64,000 nucleotides of DNA from Acholeplasma sp. (GTDB lineage: Bacteria; Bacillota_I; Bacilli_A; Acholeplasmatales; UBA5453): positions 1 through 64,000 of the forward strand of contig JAVBWN010000003.1 of the NCBI GenBank assembly GCA_036677365.1, given 5' to 3'. Below the pieces are notes generated by a model that was not told the DNA's origin, did not search any database, and worked only from the letters and a program-made list of their open reading frames with translations. A program made the position numbers and the translations under genes. Shown piece by piece: positions 9,754-19,620 of this stretch (its first letter is position 1; each line of letters begins with the position of its first letter).

Positions 9754-12609
9754 ATGAACATGATAAAAAGAATGTTCGGTTTGTTTGTCGCATTGAGCTT
9801 TGTTCTGATTTTAGCTGCCTGTGTTCAACCATCGAAATTGGGTGAATCATTCAAGCAGCAACCATTAAGTTATGATATTCATATGAAAGTACTACAAGTG
9901 ACTGGTTATTTAGATGATGTTGATTCTTGGCATGTTTATGAAGACGGTAGATCAAATCTGGCACGTTCAATTTTTGCTTATCCAGATGTTTTATACAAAC
10001 AATTATTTACAGAGTTAGGCATCAGTGAACGCGATTTTTATTGTACACCAACATTAGACGTATTTGCGAGAAGTACCATTTTTGATATGAAAACGTTATT
10101 TTCATCTTATAATTACTATGGTCCAAACGCAACTTTCCAATTCTTGCATGTACCAACCTTTTCTGGGGATCGCTATTCCATGGAAAGTATCGTTTTTGAT
10201 AGCAATAACAATAAATTCATCTCGGGTTCTTTAATAAGCAATCCTGATTTAGATCAATATTTGTCCGAGGGTATCATCCCAGCAAGCGCCATTACTACCA
10301 TGGGTGAATCCTATTTTGACATTCTTAAAGGACCAAACCATAAGAGGATTGAACTGATTGATGCGGTCAAATATGAATTTGGATATTACTATGTTCCAAA
10401 ACAAATATTATGGCCACAAGGTGTTGAAAAACCTGCACCAGGTGTTTACTGTAATGTGGCTAAAGCCTTAGAGTTTGAGACAAAAACATCAGCGTTCTTT
10501 GGTTTAGTTAAAGGAGCGAATTCGCTTTCTACGTTAACTACTGAAGATAATCATACTGTTTTTGCACCAACCAACACCATTATTGATAATATATTAAACA
10601 ATAAAAATGGACTATTTACGAAAGATGAAGCTTCGAGAGATAAGGACATCATTCTTAAAGACCATACCGTTGAAGGTAACTATAGTATCGCTGATTTAAG
10701 AGATATGGCTCCAGTAACATTGGATGCTTTATCCGGTAAAAAGCTTTATGTGGTGTCGAATGGTAGGGATGTATTCATCAATGGATTTAAGATTACGAAT
10801 CCCGATATGATTGCTACCAACGGTATCATTCATAATTTAGAAGGCGTTTTGTATCGTCCAGTACGTTCTTCGGATAAAACTATAGTCGATGTGATCAATG
10901 CCAGTGAGGAACTCGATGTATTGGCAGAACACATTGAAACCCTTGAGTTAGCACCAACATTGGTCGACGGTGACTTTACTGTATTTGCTCCAGGTAAAAA
11001 AGGCTATGAAGCATGGTTAGCTGCAGGACAACTATCGATTGAACGCACATCAGATCATGATTTAATAACCACCGCATTATTATCGCATATAACCGCAGGT
11101 GCCTACTCACGTGCACAATTATTAAGCATGACCAAATCCTCACCGTTATTATTAGAAAGTTTGGTTGAAGGTGTATTTATTGAAATATCACAAGATGCTT
11201 CTGAAAATTTATATGCCAATGGTGTATTATTCACCACCGATTCGTTATCAGCGACCAATGGATTTGTGCACATAGTCGAAACGGTGATTTTAGAAGAACC
11301 ATTGCCAGATTTATTTGAACTCATCGCTACGCAAGATGACATCTCACGTTTTGATGAGCTCTTGGATATTCTCGCATTTAACGGGATTTTCCTAAATGCT
11401 GAAAGCTATACCTTCTTCACCCCACGCAATGATTCGATATTGGATTGGATGACTGAAACCAACATCGATATTTTCAGTCCAAATAACATTGATCAAGTGG
11501 TCGCCTTCGTCTATGCACACACCGCAGTTGGTGTCTACACAAGACAAGAATTATTGACCTTGTCGTTGAATCAACCATATAACATTGAATCCTTATTACC
11601 AAATGTATCCATCACCATTACACAAGACTCTGAAGGCAAACTTTACGCCAATGGTGTCCTCATCGTGAATAGTTATGATGCAATCAATGGTGCGGTTCAT
11701 ACACTAAATGGCACCATTGAACCAGAAGTACCAAATACGCTGTTGGACACGTTGAATTTAGCGGGATCATTCTCCATTTTCATTCAACTGCTAGAAGAAG
11801 TATCTCTGGATGTCTTGCTGACACAATTAACCCCACAACATACGGTAGTCGCGCCAACGAATCAAGCGTTTGAAAACTTGATGTTAGAACTTCAAATGGA
11901 TTTAAATGGACTGCTTGCTTTAGAAGGGTTAGAAAACATCTTAAAATACCACTTCATCCCTGGCGTGGTATCGATGGACAACCTGAATAGTTTATACAAT
12001 GATGAATTGACCTCATTGGATACCTTACTCAATGACCGATTCATCCTCATAGGACAAGACCTTGAAAGTCAAATCACGTTGAATGGTTACAATTTGAGTC
12101 CACTACATGGCGCAGTAGATAATGGTTATCTCTATTTCATCGAGACGGTACTCATACCTGAACCATTTGAGGAAGAACCAGTGATGGGCAACCTCGTTGA
12201 AGTATTGACTGAAGGTGGCGTCTTTACGACATTAGTAGCAGCCCTTCAAGAAACAGGATTAGATCTGTTATTGACTGGTACTGAAAACTACACCGTATTC
12301 GCACCACTCGATGGGTATTTCATGGTGAAGATGATTCAAGAAGAAATCACTTTAGAAACCTTATTGGCTGACCCAGGTCTATTAGAATTCTTGAGATCCC
12401 ACATCGTTTTGGGTTCTTGGGATGCCGATAGCCAAAAAGCATTGGTACTCAGTGGTCAAAACACCCTTAACACATTGAATGGTACAGCCCTTGTAATCAC
12501 AGAAGTGGATGGGTACTTATTCGTCAATGGTAAAGACATCATAGTTCCGAATACTTTCGCAACCAATGGTGTGGTGCATTCCATGGCTGGGTTCTTGGTC
12601 GAATTCTAA
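9754..12609 (+). CDS. Fasciclin (FAS1) repeat lipoprotein with five FAS1 domains
   Basis: Lipobox LAAC and five H1/H2 pairs (TVFAPTN..NGIIH; TVFAPG..NGFVH; TFFTPRN..NGAVH; TVVAPTN..NGYLY; TVFAPLD..NGVVH). Confidence 0.9.
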   Translation: MNMIKRMFGLFVALSFVLILAACVQPSKLGESFKQQPLSYDIHMKVLQVTGYLDDVDSWHVYEDGRSNLARSIFAYPDVLYKQLFTELGISERDFYCTPTLDVFARSTIFDMKTLFSSYNYYGPNATFQFLHVPTFSGDRYSMESIVFDSNNNKFISGSLISNPDLDQYLSEGIIPASAITTMGESYFDILKGPNHKRIELIDAVKYEFGYYYVPKQILWPQGVEKPAPGVYCNVAKALEFETKTSAFFGLVKGANSLSTLTTEDNHTVFAPTNTIIDNILNNKNGLFTKDEASRDKDIILKDHTVEGNYSIADLRDMAPVTLDALSGKKLYVVSNGRDVFINGFKITNPDMIATNGIIHNLEGVLYRPVRSSDKTIVDVINASEELDVLAEHIETLELAPTLVDGDFTVFAPGKKGYEAWLAAGQLSIERTSDHDLITTALLSHITAGAYSRAQLLSMTKSSPLLLESLVEGVFIEISQDASENLYANGVLFTTDSLSATNGFVHIVETVILEEPLPDLFELIATQDDISRFDELLDILAFNGIFLNAESYTFFTPRNDSILDWMTETNIDIFSPNNIDQVVAFVYAHTAVGVYTRQELLTLSLNQPYNIESLLPNVSITITQDSEGKLYANGVLIVNSYDAINGAVHTLNGTIEPEVPNTLLDTLNLAGSFSIFIQLLEEVSLDVLLTQLTPQHTVVAPTNQAFENLMLELQMDLNGLLALEGLENILKYHFIPGVVSMDNLNSLYNDELTSLDTLLNDRFILIGQDLESQITLNGYNLSPLHGAVDNGYLYFIETVLIPEPFEEEPVMGNLVEVLTEGGVFTTLVAALQETGLDLLLTGTENYTVFAPLDGYFMVKMIQEEITLETLLADPGLLEFLRSHIVLGSWDADSQKALVLSGQNTLNTLNGTALVITEVDGYLFVNGKDIIVPNTFATNGVVHSMAGFLVEF

Positions 12610-12619
12610 AACATAAAAT

Positions 12620-12665
12620 AAAAGTCTAAACTCAAATAAAATTTACTTGGGTTTAGACTTTTTTT
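12620..12665. terminator. Bidirectional terminator
   Basis: AAAAGTCTAAAC...GTTTAGACTTTT inverted repeat between convergent genes. Confidence 0.75.
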
Positions 12666-12926
12666 CTATATTTTTTTGACTCTCAATCGTTGAAAGTTTT
12701 CAATCAATCGTTTGGTTTCTTCGGTCGTTAAAACGCGACCATAAGATATGATGACATTATCCACAATCAACCCTGGGGTTCTGAGCAACCCCGATTGCGC
12801 GATGGATTTCATGTCAGTCACATAAAGTACCTGTGCTTCTAAACCCATTTCAGAGACTGCTCGAACCACATTTTCATGAAGTTTTTTACAATTGGCACAA
12901 CCCGACCCTAATACTTTGATTTCCAT
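12666..12926 (-). CDS. Small thioredoxin-like redox protein (MTH895-type, ars-associated)
   Basis: IKVLGSGCANC and TPGL motifs; downstream of the ArsP-type permease. Confidence 0.85.
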   Translation of the reverse strand: MEIKVLGSGCANCKKLHENVVRAVSEMGLEAQVLYVTDMKSIAQSGLLRTPGLIVDNVIISYGRVLTTEETKRLIENFQRLRVKKI

Positions 12927-12936
12927 GTCTTTCCTC

Positions 12937-13950
12937 CTATAGGAATAAATAACCTAATGCGTTAAACAAATAACCAACCAACAATATACCAACAGTGACG
13001 ATCCCTACAAAAGTCACGAGCAACTTTGTCTTGACGACCTTTTTCAACATCACAATCGATGGCAAGGATAAAGCCGTGACCGCCATCATGAAGGATAAGA
13101 CGGTGCCTAAACCTACCCCTTTTAATATCAATGCCTCAGCAATCGGCAGTGTACCGAAGATATCAGCGTACATAGGGATACCTACCACAGTAGCCAATAC
13201 CACAGAGAACGGGTTATTTTGACCTAAGACCATTTCGATGAAAGCTTGTGGGATATAGCCATGAATGATGGCACCAATGCCGACCCCAATCAAGACATAT
13301 AACCATACCTTGTGGATGACTTCTTTCACTTGAGCGAACCCGTAATTCACACGGGCCTTTTTGGTCATTTCCACCGGTTCACCCAAATCGGTCATCATCA
13401 TCGGGCTAGGTTCTTTGACAAAGTCTTCGACGTATTTATCCATTTTAAAGATGGATATCAAAGTACCGCCAATGATCGCGATGAGTAAGCCCGTAACGAC
13501 ATAAGCCAACGCGACCCAACCGTTAAAGATGGTAGCGAGAAGTAGTATAGATGCGAGATCGACCAAAGGCGATGAGATCAGAAAGGAGAAGGTGACACCA
13601 ATCGGTAAACCCGCTTTGGTGAACCCAATAAAAATCGGAATTGAAGAACATGAACAAAACGGGGTCACTGTACCCAATAAAGCACCAATGGTATTCGCCC
13701 AAATGCCTTTAAATTTACCCAAGATGGCTTGTGTTTTCTCGGGTGTGAAATACGATTGGATATAACTGGATATGAAAATGAGGATCGATAACAAGATAAA
13801 AATCTTAATCACATCATAAAAGAAGAATACCAATCCATCGAATAAAGGGGAATCGGCTTCTACCCCTAAAGATTGGAACAACCATTCAAAAAAATTATTC
13901 AACCAAGTCATCTTTAAAAACGTATCGGAAAACCATGACCATATATTCAT
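12937..13950 (-). CDS. ArsP/DUF318-family permease
   Basis: TPFCSCSSIP motif, multiple TM segments, GIPMY and SLP motifs. Confidence 0.88.
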   Translation of the reverse strand: MNIWSWFSDTFLKMTWLNNFFEWLFQSLGVEADSPLFDGLVFFFYDVIKIFILLSILIFISSYIQSYFTPEKTQAILGKFKGIWANTIGALLGTVTPFCSCSSIPIFIGFTKAGLPIGVTFSFLISSPLVDLASILLLATIFNGWVALAYVVTGLLIAIIGGTLISIFKMDKYVEDFVKEPSPMMMTDLGEPVEMTKKARVNYGFAQVKEVIHKVWLYVLIGVGIGAIIHGYIPQAFIEMVLGQNNPFSVVLATVVGIPMYADIFGTLPIAEALILKGVGLGTVLSFMMAVTALSLPSIVMLKKVVKTKLLVTFVGIVTVGILLVGYLFNALGYLFL

Positions 13951-13961
13951 ATAAGAACCTC

Positions 13962-13981
13962 ATATAGATAAAACTCTATAT
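13962..13981. promoter_or_regulatory. Palindromic operator (ArsR/SmtB-like) upstream of the permease
   Basis: ATATAGA-N6-TCTATAT between a minus-strand TATAAT and the RBS. Confidence 0.55.
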
Positions 13982-14026
13982 ATCATTATAAACAAAAAAA
14001 GGCGTTTTGTATACGCCCTTTTGGGT

Positions 14027-14686
14027 TTATTCTAATTGTTTTGAAACGTGTGCTGCTAAAACTGAACCCAAGAGTGGGAACACGATAAATACCCAGACTT
14101 GTTCTAAAGCGATACCACCTTGGAATAAAGCGGGGGATAAACTTCTCGCTGGATTGATACCCACACCGGTTAAATCAAATCCAAATAGAATGATGGTAAC
14201 TAAAGATAACCCAATGACCAAACCAGCGAATGGTTGAGTTTTTTCAGATTTAGTCACACCTAGAATGACCAACATGAAGAAGAAGGTCAATAAGAGTTCA
14301 ACCAAACCACCATATAGCAATTCAACGAACCCATCTTGTGGAAGAGCTACAGATACGGTATTCGCACCCAGTGCAGCGTTTGAACCTAAGAATAATACCA
14401 GTAAACCAGACCCTACGATGGCACCCAATACTTGAGCGAGTACATAGACACCGAGTTCTACTGAAGATAGTTTTTTCTTCAAAAACATCGTAAATGACAC
14501 CGCTGGGTTGAAATGACCCCCAGACACATGTCCCACAGCGAATGCCATTAAGACTACGCTTAGACCGAATGCTAAAGCAGTCAATAAACGGTCACCACCA
14601 GTCATTACAGCAACCCCTGTACCAAATAATACGAGTACGAATGTACCCAAAAACTCTGCTAAACCTTTTTTGAAATTGATTGACAT
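14027..14686 (-). CDS. MIP-family aquaporin
   Basis: Two NPA motifs (HFNPAV, INPARS). ATG at 14686 follows GGAGG. Confidence 0.95.
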   Translation of the reverse strand: MSINFKKGLAEFLGTFVLVLFGTGVAVMTGGDRLLTALAFGLSVVLMAFAVGHVSGGHFNPAVSFTMFLKKKLSSVELGVYVLAQVLGAIVGSGLLVLFLGSNAALGANTVSVALPQDGFVELLYGGLVELLLTFFFMLVILGVTKSEKTQPFAGLVIGLSLVTIILFGFDLTGVGINPARSLSPALFQGGIALEQVWVFIVFPLLGSVLAAHVSKQLE

Positions 14687-14763
14687 GATTATATTCCTCC
14701 AAAACATATTGTATCACTTGTCATGATAGAGATAAAATGAAGTGCCTATGTTTCAATCGGGTA

Positions 14764-14940
14764 TTGCATAATCTTTTTAGATTTTTTATAATGAGTATAG
14801 AAATTGGAGATGAGAAGATGTTGATTTAGTCTATGTATTACCGAAATACACCTTTTTTTGTGTTACAGGTAAGGATAGACGAATAAAAACAACCTCTTTT
14901 TTTGCGTTCTATCCTTATATAAAAAAAATCATAAGGAGAA
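14764..14940 (+). promoter_or_regulatory. Sigma-A promoter and structured 5' leader with a micro-ORF (putative translational attenuator)
   Basis: TTGCAT-17-TATAAT; GGAG followed by ATG TTG ATT TAG (14818-14829); alternative complementary segments covering the downstream SD. Confidence 0.6.
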
Positions 14941-14948
14941 CACGATAT

Positions 14949-15908
14949 ATGATCACATTCAAATACTACGAAGACAAAGACTTTTATACCATAGAACAAT
15001 TCGTCCTAAACAGTTACACCTACGATGTACCTGCTTGGGGATTAGCACGACATGAATTTTGTCGTGCACTACACCCAGATTTCAAAAATACCCACAAAGT
15101 GTGGACAGAATCGATGGGTGTCTTTTTAGAGGATGGCAACATCATTTCTGCCGTAATTTCAGAAGGGGCTTACGATGGGGATGCTTTCTTCCTATTCGAT
15201 TCTAAAGCACGTGGTGAAGACACCGAATTACTCAGACGCATGATTAAATTCGCGATCACACATTTATACAAGATTGAATCGGATGATATAGAGAGAACAC
15301 TGCATCTGTATGTCCCACATTGGCATACCACCTTAAGAGACTTGGTCTTATCGATGGGGTTTACGAAAGAGGATTACGAAGAAGCCTCGATGCATATCGA
15401 TACCCCAAAAACACCGTTTGAAGTCAAACTGCCAGAAGGGTATCATTTCAATACGACGCCCGTACCCGCCTTTTATTTATCGAATATCCACAGACATGCT
15501 TTTGGCTATGATTTACCACATGCCGAATCAGGGTCTACAGCGTTTTCTAAACTCAGAACGATGAGACATTATGACCCAAGCCTTGAAGTGGTTGTACTAG
15601 ATCAAGATGAAATACCGGTGGCTTTTGGTATCGGTTGGATGGATGATAAGATGCCTTACGCCGAACTAGAGCCGCTAGGTGTGGTTTGGTGGGAAAGACG
15701 AAAAGGCTTAGGTAAAGCCGTCATTTATGAACTGTGTAACCGAATCAAAGCGAAATACCCGCATGTAAAGAGCATGACTGGGGGAGACCAACCATTTTAT
15801 TCAGCCATTGGTTTCAAGACCAAATCCACTACCCCAAGGTATGCATTTAAAATGAACATCTATAAATCTTGGGACGCACGTTCAAAAACAGAAAATTATC
15901 GGTTTTAG
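14949..15908 (+). CDS. GNAT-family acetyltransferase (tandem-domain size)
   Basis: C-terminal EPLGV..ERRKGLGKA acetyl-CoA motif and FYSAIGF. Confidence 0.75.
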   Translation: MITFKYYEDKDFYTIEQFVLNSYTYDVPAWGLARHEFCRALHPDFKNTHKVWTESMGVFLEDGNIISAVISEGAYDGDAFFLFDSKARGEDTELLRRMIKFAITHLYKIESDDIERTLHLYVPHWHTTLRDLVLSMGFTKEDYEEASMHIDTPKTPFEVKLPEGYHFNTTPVPAFYLSNIHRHAFGYDLPHAESGSTAFSKLRTMRHYDPSLEVVVLDQDEIPVAFGIGWMDDKMPYAELEPLGVVWWERRKGLGKAVIYELCNRIKAKYPHVKSMTGGDQPFYSAIGFKTKSTTPRYAFKMNIYKSWDARSKTENYRF

Positions 15909-16019
15909 GCTAGGGAAACCTAGCTTTTTTCTTTGTTTTGTCCTTGAAACATGAATAAAAACCGTATATTTTCAGTTCTTTACCATGATATAATAGGAAA
16001 GTAAACACAGGAGTCACAG

Positions 16020-17285
16020 ATGAAATCACTACTACACACCAAACCACTCACTTACATCACTTTACTCATATTGCTCATCCTACCATTTTTGGTCGATGAC
16101 CTTTCTGCCATTTATGAAGGCTCATTGGCCATTTTAACCCACCCATCGTTACTGATTTCAGACTATCTTCGTATTGGTGGCTTAGGGGCGTCCTTACTCA
16201 ATTTGGCTTTATTGATGGTGATGAATATCACCTTGATTCGATTACTGAAACTTAAACTCAATGGACCCATCTTTGCGGGATTACTCACGATTGCTGGTTT
16301 CGCATTTTTTGGTAAGAATTTAATCAATGCGTTACCGATTTATCTCGGGATTTATTTAAATAGTAAGTTTCAAAAGGTGGAGTTTAAATCGCTCATCATC
16401 GTCTTATTGTTTTCAACCGGGATTGGACCGATTGTCTCTTATCTCATATTCGGTACGGGTTGGGCGTACTATCTATCGATACCAGCTGGGCTTGTGATTG
16501 GTATCCTCACGGGGTTTATCCTACCCATCCTTTCAGCACACATGGTTCGCTTTCACAAAGGCTACAACTTATACAACATCGGATTTACGATGGGGTTGGT
16601 ATCTTTATTCTTTTCAGCCATTTTAAGGGCTGTATTCAAACTGGATTTATTCTCTTTTGATACCTCGACTACAGAAACTTACCATACATTTTTATACATC
16701 CTGATTTTGGTGGGTTCTCTTTTAACGTTGATATTTTCCTATATAAGCAAACCTAAAGCCTATAAAGATTACCCGAAAATACTCAAGAGCAGTGGTCGCT
16801 TAGCTTCGGATTATATGAGAGAAACCTCCAAAGAAACCACGATGCTCAATGTGGGTATCATGGGATTGATCTCTTTACTATTCATCACCATATTGGACAT
16901 TAAAATCAATGGACCGGTATTCTCTGGAATCCTCACGGTGGTGGGTTTCGCAGCCTTCGGGAAACACCCCAGAAATTCCATCCCTGTGATGCTTGGGGCT
17001 ACGATTTGGTTCTTATACGTGAGACATACCACCGGCAGCGTGGGTACAGGTCTACAAATCGCGGTATTATTTGTTACCGCCATCGCCCCAGTCGCGGGTA
17101 GACATGGGTTTTGGGTGGGGATCCTCGCGGGATTTACCCACGTGATGTTCACCCCACTTGCTTACCCATTCCAAGGTGGATTTGACTTATACAACAACGG
17201 CTTCGCTGCAGGCTTTGTCGCGGCGATCATGATACCGTTATTTGACTTCATTCGAAAAGATAAAATCGGGGAGGATACACCATGA
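16020..17285 (+). CDS. DUF1576-family membrane protein
   Basis: Internally duplicated NGP..G...GFAFFGK/GFAAFGKH and LYNIGF/LYNNGF motifs. Confidence 0.85.
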   Translation: MKSLLHTKPLTYITLLILLILPFLVDDLSAIYEGSLAILTHPSLLISDYLRIGGLGASLLNLALLMVMNITLIRLLKLKLNGPIFAGLLTIAGFAFFGKNLINALPIYLGIYLNSKFQKVEFKSLIIVLLFSTGIGPIVSYLIFGTGWAYYLSIPAGLVIGILTGFILPILSAHMVRFHKGYNLYNIGFTMGLVSLFFSAILRAVFKLDLFSFDTSTTETYHTFLYILILVGSLLTLIFSYISKPKAYKDYPKILKSSGRLASDYMRETSKETTMLNVGIMGLISLLFITILDIKINGPVFSGILTVVGFAAFGKHPRNSIPVMLGATIWFLYVRHTTGSVGTGLQIAVLFVTAIAPVAGRHGFWVGILAGFTHVMFTPLAYPFQGGFDLYNNGFAAGFVAAIMIPLFDFIRKDKIGEDTP

Positions 17286-17623
17286 AACCTAAACAAGAAA
17301 TCAAAGTGATGGCTCAAATCATTCAAGAGTTGGCGTTGTTTTTGATGTATCACGGTTATAAATCCTATGCCATTTCGTTTGAAGATGGCGATCACGATGA
17401 AACGTTTTTATTAGAGTTGCCAAACTTAGACCAAAAACTCATCGAACAAATGAGACAACAAATCGAACAACCCAGAGAAGAATCGATTGAAGCGTATTAT
17501 TTTGAATTGCTCGGTGATTTAGACACCAAAGAGGATTTAGAACTTTTAGGTATTTTCATCGATTCGATGGCAGTTAAACAAACCGAATCCTCGGTTCAAA
17601 TCACATTAAAACGAAAAAAATAA
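17282..17623 (+). CDS. Hypothetical acidic protein
   Basis: Coupled to the DUF1576 gene by an ATGA overlap, with a GGAGG RBS. Confidence 0.7.
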   Translation: MKPKQEIKVMAQIIQELALFLMYHGYKSYAISFEDGDHDETFLLELPNLDQKLIEQMRQQIEQPREESIEAYYFELLGDLDTKEDLELLGIFIDSMAVKQTESSVQITLKRKK

Positions 17624-17651
17624 CAGGTTTGGCCGATGCCAAACCTGTTTT
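17623..17651. terminator. Bidirectional terminator
   Basis: AACAGGTTTGGC-CGAT-GCCAAACCTGTT perfect hairpin. Confidence 0.8.
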
Positions 17652-17653
17652 AC

Positions 17654-18217
17654 TTATTTGAGGAGTTTCTTCATTGGGTTGATATAGCCACCCGAAACAT
17701 TCGAGATTTCATTGGATACGATCATCGCTTTTGGATGGATCGCCTTCACCCCTTGAATGACTTTTTGTGCGTCCCTACGGTTCGCGTAAATCATGAGTAC
17801 CGATTTAGGATCGTCTTTACCCATCGCTTCTAAGGTGGTCACACCAAAGCCAGCTTCACGTAACGATTTCGCAATCTCATTAGACAACGCTTTGGTTGTG
17901 ATCGCTTGAATGAGCACTTTACCAAAAGCGAGCTTTTGTTCGATGAGTGAACCTGCATATACCCCAGCAGCGAAACCAAAGCTATAAGCGACACCACGCA
18001 TCGGTGATTCCGTAATGCCATTGATCACTGAACTCGCGATGAATACCCATAAGAAGATTTCAACAATCGCTAAAGATGTACCGATTTTACGGTACCCTTT
18101 CGAGATTAAAATGATTCTCATCGTACCAATAGAGACTTCAACAATCTTGGCCAAAAAGATAAATAATAGTTCATAGAACGGGGTTACCGTCAACATGTCT
18201 TGGATGTTATTCCACAT
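17654..18217 (-). CDS. DUF5698/DUF2179 membrane protein (UPF0316-like)
   Basis: EVSIGTMRII, GFAAGVYAG, LREAGFGVT...G. Confidence 0.8.
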   Translation of the reverse strand: MWNNIQDMLTVTPFYELLFIFLAKIVEVSIGTMRIILISKGYRKIGTSLAIVEIFLWVFIASSVINGITESPMRGVAYSFGFAAGVYAGSLIEQKLAFGKVLIQAITTKALSNEIAKSLREAGFGVTTLEAMGKDDPKSVLMIYANRRDAQKVIQGVKAIHPKAMIVSNEISNVSGGYINPMKKLLK

Positions 18218-18276
18218 ACAATCACCACCGAAAACATTCTATCACATCCGTATTAAAAATGATATTCAAAAACCCT

Positions 18277-18984
18277 TCATGAAACCACTTTTTTGAGGGC
18301 TTCAATTTCAGCTTCGGTGAGGGGTCTGAATGACCCTTTTGGTAAAGTCTCGTCCAGCTTTATTGGGCCGAAAGATACCCGTTTTAAATAGGTCACGGTC
18401 ATCCCTAAAACCATAAACATCCGTTTGACCTGATGGTATTTGCCTTCTTTGATGGTCAAGCGGGCTTGGTTTGAACTCAACAATTCAATTTGGCTTGGCA
18501 TACAAAGATACCCATCCTCTAAGGTTACCCCGGTTTCGAAGAGTTGTGTATAGATTTGCTTGTAATCGCCAGAAAATTCCACATAATAGGTTTTATCGAC
18601 ATGATACCTTGGTGATAAGAGTTGATGAGCCAATAAACCATCATTGGTGATGATGAGTAACCCTTCGGTATCTAAATCCAACCGACCCACGGGAAATGTA
18701 GGGTAATGTTCATAACCTTTGATCAAATCCTTGGTGGTTTTATGCACGGGGTCGTAATTCGATGAAATCACCCCTGCAGGTTTATGTAACATCAAATAGA
18801 CGTGTTTGGTATAACTGGATAATTCACCTGCAACGATGATATCATCTTCGATTTCGTTGATCTTTTGGTCGTCTTTTTTAATGACTACCCCATTGACTTC
18901 AACCAACCCTTTTTGAATGATTTTTTTCACTTCACTCCGCGTGCCATAACCGGCATGGGCTAAGTATTTATCAAGTCTCATCAT
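18277..18984 (-). CDS. RsuA-family rRNA pseudouridine synthase
   Basis: S4 domain MRLDKYL, GRLDLDTEGL, EGKYHQVKRM. Confidence 0.93.
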   Translation of the reverse strand: MMRLDKYLAHAGYGTRSEVKKIIQKGLVEVNGVVIKKDDQKINEIEDDIIVAGELSSYTKHVYLMLHKPAGVISSNYDPVHKTTKDLIKGYEHYPTFPVGRLDLDTEGLLIITNDGLLAHQLLSPRYHVDKTYYVEFSGDYKQIYTQLFETGVTLEDGYLCMPSQIELLSSNQARLTIKEGKYHQVKRMFMVLGMTVTYLKRVSFGPIKLDETLPKGSFRPLTEAEIEALKKVVS

Positions 18985-19469
18985 AATGTTTTATACCTCT
19001 GGTAAATTTTATAAGCTACCCCATGTGGGTTTAGTAGTGTTTCATCGATCGGCAGTTTATACCACGCCGCGTCATCGACTTCTGAAGATAAGACGAAAGG
19101 GGCTTTATGGACTTTAGAAATGTAGCACAAGAAAAGCGTATCAAGACGCTCGTGGTAAAACGATTCGACGTAAGAAAGCGCATCGACCGTTTGCCCGATT
19201 TCTTCATACACTTCCCGTCTAACCGCCTCTTCGGCCGATTCCCCGGGTTTATAATACCCAGCCACGAACACAAGGTGCTGTTTGGTGACATAGTCTTGTT
19301 TGAGTAACGCCACTTCATTGTATTCATTGATGACCATGGTTAAGATGCATACAGGGCTGTGTTCAAATATCGGTTTTACACACGCGATGCAATAGGGTAC
19401 GAAGCCCTCATCGCCAATTTTTTTTGGAGTTAATACGTGTCCACAGTGCGGACAAAAGATGGATTTCAT
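18981..19469 (-). CDS. NUDIX hydrolase, NudC-like with zinc ribbon
   Basis: FCPHCG...C..C and Nudix box AG..KPGESAEEAVRREVYEEIG. Confidence 0.88.
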   Translation of the reverse strand: MKSIFCPHCGHVLTPKKIGDEGFVPYCIACVKPIFEHSPVCILTMVINEYNEVALLKQDYVTKQHLVFVAGYYKPGESAEEAVRREVYEEIGQTVDALSYVESFYHERLDTLFLCYISKVHKAPFVLSSEVDDAAWYKLPIDETLLNPHGVAYKIYQRYKTL

Positions 19470-19620
19470 AGACATAACCTCTTTAGACCATTGTAACAAA
19501 AAAAAGCGCGGTTTTGAAAAAATCATACCTTTATGATTAAAATCATATATTTTATTGTAAAAATCTTAAATTTCCCTTATAATGATGATTGTTAGGATTT
19601 AGAAACCGGGGAAAATATCA

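Noticed and set aside
14833-14886. 17-aa uORF MYYRNTPFFVLQVRIDE as the GNAT leader peptide
   Set aside because: It has no SD of its own, and the MLI micro-ORF has the better-spaced GGAG. It is not fully excluded.
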